A stretch of DNA of 20,000 bases, from the IMG/VR virus record IMGVR_UViG_3300030329_004627; one strand, given 5' to 3'. The position numbers and the translations under genes were made by a program. The DNA comes from an uncultured virus (IMG/VR IMGVR_UViG_3300030329_004627). Lineage: Duplodnaviria; Heunggongvirae; Uroviricota; Caudoviricetes. Under the pieces are notes generated by a model. The model ran no database searches, was not told where the DNA came from, and saw only the letters and a list, made by a program, of their open reading frames with translations. Below are positions 15,088 to 20,000 of the stretch, one piece after another (the stretch's first letter is position 1; every line of letters begins with the position of its first letter).

Positions 15088-16476
15088 ATGATCGCAGAAA
15101 AAGCAAACTTCGGAAGGTATGGAAAAACCTTTCAAGAAGGACTTGTTCAGCTAATCTTTGAGGATAGACCGTTCGCGGATCAAATCACAGAGGTGTTGGA
15201 CATTAACTTTTTAGAGCTTGAATATCTTCAAGTTTTTCTACGCAAGATTGTGACGTATAGAGCGAAATATAATACGCATCCATCCGTAGAAGCAATGGTT
15301 ACGATTGTTCGCACTGAACTAGAGGGCGAAGATGAGGTTACACAAAAGCAAGTGCGCGAATATTTCGCACGCATCCACACTCGCGAGCTTCAAGATAATG
15401 ATTACATTAAGGAAACATCGTTAGACTTCTGTCGCAAGCAGAACCTTAAAGAAGCGATGATGAAGTCTGTTGGGTTGCTTCAGACGTGCTCCTTCGATGA
15501 GATTTCTAAGGTCATCAACGACTCGCTTAAACTTGGATCCGAGAACAACTTCGGTTATGATTACATGGCTGATTTTGAGGAGAGGTTTAAGCCCAAGCAC
15601 AGAAATCCAATCACAACTGGCTGGAAAGACATTGATGCGATTGTTGGTGGTGGCCTAGGCAAGAGCGAGTTGGGAGTTGTGATTGCTCCAACTGGCGCGG
15701 GCAAGAGTATGGTGCTTGTTCACCTAGGCGCCGCCGCACTGCGCGAGGGCAAGACTGTGGTTCAGTATACATTAGAACTACAGGACACAGTAATAGCGAA
15801 TCGTTACGATAGCTGTATTACCGGCTATCCCCTCTCGGACATCAAGAATTTTAAACAAGAGATATACGAAGAGATTAAAGACTTTGAAGGCAATCTGATT
15901 ATCAAGGAGTATCCTACGAAATCGGCATCTACTAACACAATTCGCGCCCACTTGTCGCGACTTGTGAAGCGAGGAATAAAGCCGGGAATGATCATAGTAG
16001 ACTATGCTGATCTTCTTAAGCCAGTACAGGTGAGAAAGGAGAAGAGAAACGAACTTGAGTCTATTTATGAAGAGCTGCGCGCATTATCCACGGAGTTTCA
16101 ATGCCCTATTTGGACAGCCTCACAAACAAACCGATCAGGACTAAGCGCAGAAGTAATCACCATGGAGCAGATTTCCGAGGCATTCAACAAATGCTTTGTA
16201 GCTGACTTCATTTTCTCTGTCTCTCGCACGATCGAGGACAAACAAAATAATCAAGGCAAAATTTTTATTGCTAAGAATAGGAACGGGCCCGATGGAATGG
16301 TGTATCCGATATTTATGGACACGTCAAATGTTAACATTAAGATATTACCCAAGCCCCCCGTCGCCAACACACAAGGACAAGTCCAGGTTGTTACTGCGCC
16401 TGTGGCTTTGGATCCGGCGGCACAAAAGAAGTTACTAGCAGATAAATATAACAAATTAAGAGGAAACCGCAAATGA
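15088..16476 (+). CDS. dnaB: Replicative SF4 helicase (DnaB / T4 gp41-like)
   Basis: Contains ITTGWKDID, GGGLGKSEL, Walker A APTGAGKS, YTLEL, IIKEYPT, IIVDYADLL, IWTASQTNR and KNRNGPDG. Confidence 0.93.
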   Translation: MIAEKANFGRYGKTFQEGLVQLIFEDRPFADQITEVLDINFLELEYLQVFLRKIVTYRAKYNTHPSVEAMVTIVRTELEGEDEVTQKQVREYFARIHTRELQDNDYIKETSLDFCRKQNLKEAMMKSVGLLQTCSFDEISKVINDSLKLGSENNFGYDYMADFEERFKPKHRNPITTGWKDIDAIVGGGLGKSELGVVIAPTGAGKSMVLVHLGAAALREGKTVVQYTLELQDTVIANRYDSCITGYPLSDIKNFKQEIYEEIKDFEGNLIIKEYPTKSASTNTIRAHLSRLVKRGIKPGMIIVDYADLLKPVQVRKEKRNELESIYEELRALSTEFQCPIWTASQTNRSGLSAEVITMEQISEAFNKCFVADFIFSVSRTIEDKQNNQGKIFIAKNRNGPDGMVYPIFMDTSNVNIKILPKPPVANTQGQVQVVTAPVALDPAAQKKLLADKYNKLRGNRK

Positions 16477-18440
16477 GAACATTGGAGAATATTCGCAGAT
16501 TTAGATTATCAGACACCTTTATCGAGCCTTACAAAGAAGCCGAGGTTCCATGGGGCCCCCTGGGGTATGTGACTTTTAAGCGCACATACGCTAGACGCTT
16601 GAATGAGTTCGATCCAGAAGCGACAGGTTCCGAAGAATGGTGGCAGACATGCCGCCGCGTCATTGAAGGGATGTTCAATATGCAAAAGCAGCACGTGTTT
16701 ATGCTTGGTCTGGAGTGGAATGACAACAAAGCGCAGCGCACAGCAAAGGAAGCCTACGATCGCTTGTTCACTCTTAAATGGACACCTCCTGGCCGCGGCC
16801 TATGGATGATGGGTACTAAGTTTGTTGAAGAGCGCACAGCAGCCGGCTTGTTCAATTGTGCTTTTCGGTCTACTCGCGACCTCGCAACCAAGGGCGGTTA
16901 TCTGTTTGCGTGGATGATGGATGCGCTGATGGTTGGTATTGGGGTCGGGTTTGATACGGAGGGCGAGAATTCGGTCACTATTAAAGAGCCACAATATACC
17001 AACGATACGCTAGTTATTGATGACTCTCGCGAAGGCTGGGTAGACTCAGTTCACACTCTTCTTGATGGATTCTTTTTTGGCTCTCGCGTTCCTAAGTTTG
17101 ATTACTCAGCGATTCGCCCAGAAGGTGCTCCCATCCGAGGCTTCGGCGGTACATCAAGCGGCCACGGGCCCCTTAAGGAGCTTCATGAAAACCTCGCAGA
17201 ATTATACACAGCTAAAGTTGGCGAGCCTATCACGTCCGTAGACATCGTAGATACAGAGAATTTAATTGGGCGTTGTGTCGTGGCTGGCAATGTTCGACGT
17301 TCTGCTGCGCTGGCTATGGGGGCTTATGATGATCGCCAGTATCTTGAAATGAAGAACGATCAAGAAAAGCTTTACCATCACCGATGGGGGTCAAACAACT
17401 CCTTCAACGCTGTGGTGGGCATGGACTATACTTGGCACGCAGAGCAGTCGCAGAAGAACGGAGAGCCAGGATACATTTGGCTGGATAATGCTCGTACACG
17501 TGGACGCTTTAAAGATGGTCCCCGCTTTGACGATATTAATGTTGCTGGCTTTAACCCTTGCGTTGAGCAGCAACTAGAGGATGCTGAGTTGTGCTGTCTG
17601 GTGGAAACATTCCCAGCGAAGCACGACGACTACGAAGATTACCTTAGAACGCTAAAGATTGCTTATCTTTATGGCAAGACCATCACGCTCTCTAATACGC
17701 ATTGGCCCGAGACTAACGCAAAGATGCTCAAGAACCGACGCATTGGCCTGTCGCAATCTGGCGTTGTCCAGGCGTTCAATAAACACGGCAAGCGTCAAAT
17801 GCTCAATTGGTGTGATAACGCATATGAATATGTGCGCCAGCTAGATGAAGAATATTCCAATTGGCTTTGTATTCCTAAGTCCATTCGAATGACGAGCATT
17901 AAACCTAGCGGTACCGTATCACTGCTTAACGGATCTACTCCGGGTATACACTTTCCCGAGGATGAGTATTATATTAGACGGATCAGGTTTGCAAAAGATT
18001 CAAAATTACTTAAAACTTTAGCTGAAGCAGGGTATAATATGGAAGATGATGAATACTCGCCTAATACCGTGTGTGTTGAGTTTCCTGTCCACGAGCCTTA
18101 TTTCCAAAAAGGAAAGAGATCAGTCTCGATGTGGGAGCAGTTGGAGATGGCCGCGCAATATCAGCACTATTGGGCCGATAACTCGGTGTCTATTACGGTG
18201 ACGTTTAAGCCCGACGAAGCTAGCCAGATCAAGGATGCGTTAGAGATGTACGAGACTAGACTTAAAGCAGTTTCTTTCCTTAAGTATGAAAAGACTGGCT
18301 ACGTGCAGGCGCCTTATGAGCCCATTACCAAATCTAAATATAATAAACTGATTAAGAATATAACACCCATTCAGCGATTTGATGCCGCGGAGGGTGGTAG
18401 CGGAACTAAGTTCTGTACTAATGATAGCTGTACAATTTGA
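16473..18440 (+). CDS. nrdJ: Class II adenosylcobalamin-dependent ribonucleotide reductase (monomeric RTPR type)
   Basis: Contains FKRTYAR, PPGRGLW, LFNCAF, GVGFD, VVAGNVRRSA, SNNS, the catalytic NPCVEQ loop, CCLVE, IKPSGTVSLL, DNSVSIT and the C-terminal Cys pair FCTNDSC. No beta-subunit gene is adjacent. Confidence 0.93.
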   Translation: MRTLENIRRFRLSDTFIEPYKEAEVPWGPLGYVTFKRTYARRLNEFDPEATGSEEWWQTCRRVIEGMFNMQKQHVFMLGLEWNDNKAQRTAKEAYDRLFTLKWTPPGRGLWMMGTKFVEERTAAGLFNCAFRSTRDLATKGGYLFAWMMDALMVGIGVGFDTEGENSVTIKEPQYTNDTLVIDDSREGWVDSVHTLLDGFFFGSRVPKFDYSAIRPEGAPIRGFGGTSSGHGPLKELHENLAELYTAKVGEPITSVDIVDTENLIGRCVVAGNVRRSAALAMGAYDDRQYLEMKNDQEKLYHHRWGSNNSFNAVVGMDYTWHAEQSQKNGEPGYIWLDNARTRGRFKDGPRFDDINVAGFNPCVEQQLEDAELCCLVETFPAKHDDYEDYLRTLKIAYLYGKTITLSNTHWPETNAKMLKNRRIGLSQSGVVQAFNKHGKRQMLNWCDNAYEYVRQLDEEYSNWLCIPKSIRMTSIKPSGTVSLLNGSTPGIHFPEDEYYIRRIRFAKDSKLLKTLAEAGYNMEDDEYSPNTVCVEFPVHEPYFQKGKRSVSMWEQLEMAAQYQHYWADNSVSITVTFKPDEASQIKDALEMYETRLKAVSFLKYEKTGYVQAPYEPITKSKYNKLIKNITPIQRFDAAEGGSGTKFCTNDSCTI

Positions 18441-18448
18441 GGTGAGAA

Positions 18449-18676
18449 GTGAATTTTAATCATTTAATGGAGAATAAGATTCTCCATCGCCGCTGTAGAA
18501 AGGACGGCGGCGAATGTTATTGGGCTCCTACTGGAAACATTCGTGCGATGGTAGGTGGTCATGTTAATGTTAGCATGTACTGTAAGAAGTGTGAGACCCG
18601 CGAAGAAGTTTTTTTAAGCGAGACTCTCTACAAAAGACAACAAAAGATTTTAGAACAAGAGGTAGGAAATGTTTAA
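18449..18676 (+). CDS. Small hypothetical protein with four Cys (possible Zn ribbon)
   Basis: GTG start with SD GAGGT at 18439-18443. Motifs C-x6-C and CKKC. It fills the gap between nrdJ and groES. Confidence 0.65.
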   Translation: MNFNHLMENKILHRRCRKDGGECYWAPTGNIRAMVGGHVNVSMYCKKCETREEVFLSETLYKRQQKILEQEVGNV

Positions 18677-18953
18677 GCCAGTTAATAGGTATCTTCAAAT
18701 AGAGCTGCCTAGACCTAAAGCAAAAACAACAAGCAGCTTAGTATTGCCAGAAGATTACAAGCCAGCCGAAGAAAGGCATATTACCGCGAAAGTGGTTGCT
18801 TATGCTCCCGATGTTAGGTTCAAGGATCAGTTGGTAATGTGCGGAGGAGGAGTATCTGTGATCGTTGATAAGTCAATGATCGAAGAAATTGCTATAAATA
18901 ATAGTAAAATAAACGTTGTTCTTGATAATTATGTAGTGGGGATTATTAAATAA
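18669..18953 (+). CDS. groES: GroES/Cpn10-like co-chaperonin
   Basis: MFKPVNRYLQIE (cf. KPL-x-DRVLV), mobile-loop-like TTSSLVLPE, AKVVAYAPD and a terminal DNYVVGII. 94 aa. Confidence 0.7.
   Translation: MFKPVNRYLQIELPRPKAKTTSSLVLPEDYKPAEERHITAKVVAYAPDVRFKDQLVMCGGGVSVIVDKSMIEEIAINNSKINVVLDNYVVGIIK
18893..18900 (+). promoter_or_regulatory. Possible T4-type late promoter upstream of the amidase
   Basis: TATAAATA matches the T4 late consensus and lies 69 nt before ATG 18970. The same octamer also occurs mid-gene near 5689, so it could be chance. Confidence 0.3.
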
Positions 18954-18969
18954 ATGGGAACAACGCGCC

Positions 18970-19878
18970 ATGCCAATAGACAAGAACTTTTACAATGAAT
19001 CGTCAGCAGCCAAGCTTGGATGGGATCCAACTTGGTTTGGTGAAAAGTATTTTGACGACAAACTAACGAGAGCCATTAAGAAATGGCAAAAGGACAAGGG
19101 GCTTGTTGCCGATGGGCTTTGTGGGCCCGCGACCTTCCGTCGCTTGTGGACAGAAAGACAAGCTGACATTGATGATTACCAGCCTGAGAGCTGTCATTAC
19201 TCAAACTACATTGTTTACCAGGGAAACTTTACTCCCATTGAGTGGGATAAGGTGGTGCTCTGGTCAGAGGAGGGCGGATTAGAAGCTAAGTCTGGTACAT
19301 ACTATGACTACTCTGGCCGCCCCAAGCGCAACATTCGCCTGTTTGTAAACCATTGGGACGTGTGCTTGTCATCCCGTTCTTGTCAGCGTGTGTTAGACAA
19401 GCGCGGGATATCGGTACACTTCCTAATTGACAACGACGGCACAATCTATCAGACACTGGACATGCAGCACGGCGGCTGGCACGCTGGCTCCGAGCGCGTG
19501 AACCGAGCATCAGTTGGTGTCGAGATCAGCAACGCATACTACACCAAGTATCAAGATTGGTATGAGAGAAACGGTTTCGGCCCCCGCCCCCTTGTTGATG
19601 ATGCGTGGGTTCACGGCGTGAAGCTTAAGGAGCATATGGACTTCTACCCTGTTCAAATCGAAGCACTCAAGGCTCTCTGGAAGGCAATTCACAAAGCGAC
19701 CGAGATCCCATACGAAGCCCCCAAGAGCCAGTTTGGCACTACCTCTACAAAGTATGAGCAAGATGTTAAGTATGGCAGCTTCTCTGGATTCATTAGTCAC
19801 TATCACGTCAGCAAGAATAAGATTGATTGCGCTGGCTTGGACATCGTTAAGCTCCTTGAGCAAGTGAAGGACGATTGA
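18970..19878 (+). CDS. N-acetylmuramoyl-L-alanine amidase (Amidase_2) with N-terminal peptidoglycan-binding domain; probable endolysin
   Basis: PG_binding_1-like TRAIKKWQKDKGLVADGLCGPATFRRL. Amidase motifs VNHWD, SVHFLIDNDGTIYQ, WHAG, NRASVGVEI and SHYHV-x(3)-KIDC. Confidence 0.9.
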   Translation: MPIDKNFYNESSAAKLGWDPTWFGEKYFDDKLTRAIKKWQKDKGLVADGLCGPATFRRLWTERQADIDDYQPESCHYSNYIVYQGNFTPIEWDKVVLWSEEGGLEAKSGTYYDYSGRPKRNIRLFVNHWDVCLSSRSCQRVLDKRGISVHFLIDNDGTIYQTLDMQHGGWHAGSERVNRASVGVEISNAYYTKYQDWYERNGFGPRPLVDDAWVHGVKLKEHMDFYPVQIEALKALWKAIHKATEIPYEAPKSQFGTTSTKYEQDVKYGSFSGFISHYHVSKNKIDCAGLDIVKLLEQVKDD

Positions 19879-20000
19879 TACTAGAGTACGAAGACATCGT
19901 TGTTGGGAGTGACTTAAAGGCGACATTGTTCGCCTTCAATAATAATCTACCCATCATTTTTTCTCAGCCTCGCCGTCCTTTTCGATTCGACTTCCTTGAG
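19875..20000 (+). CDS. Hypothetical protein, 3'-truncated by the window
   Basis: A TTG overlaps the amidase TGA (TTGA) and the frame is open to the window end: MILEYEDIVVGSDLKATLFAFNNNLPIIFSQPRRPFRFDFLE. The start weakly resembles a Rossmann beta-alpha unit. Confidence 0.55.
   Translation, partial: MILEYEDIVVGSDLKATLFAFNNNLPIIFSQPRRPFRFDFLE

Noticed and set aside
1..20000. Stop-codon reassignment, as seen in some large phages
   Set aside because: Genes are full length and tightly packed under the standard code, and TAA, TGA and TAG (SSB) all end genes at expected positions.

Overview
A 20 kb segment of a large tailed dsDNA bacteriophage, probably a myovirus distantly related to T4-like or jumbo phages. 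It uses the standard genetic code and all credible genes are on the + strand. Bases 1-8970 are the end of a virion module: a 5'-truncated tail-tube/baseplate protein, a LysM/gp53-like baseplate protein, a 1786-aa protein with a baseplate-hub-like C-terminus, and a 428-aa unknown. From about 8850, a series of sigma70-type promoters precedes a replication, repair and nucleotide module. It contains a miniaturised family-A DNA polymerase, a degenerate tubulin/FtsZ-like protein, a T4 gp32-like SSB, a 32-aa lipoprotein missed by the ORF track, RecA/UvsX, a His-rich exported protein, a pyrimidine-dimer glycosylase, a stand-alone 5'-3' exonuclease, a DnaB/gp41-like helicase and a B12-dependent class II ribonucleotide reductase. 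A small Cys protein, a GroES-like co-chaperonin, a peptidoglycan amidase and a truncated ORF follow. The most interesting signals are the mini-PolA / pseudo-tubulin / SSB cassette, a duplicated covarying hairpin (possible pseudoknot) bracketing the tiny lipoprotein gene, and a promoter-overlapping hairpin that would hide a ribosome-binding site. All assignments come from motif recognition by eye; no database searches were run.
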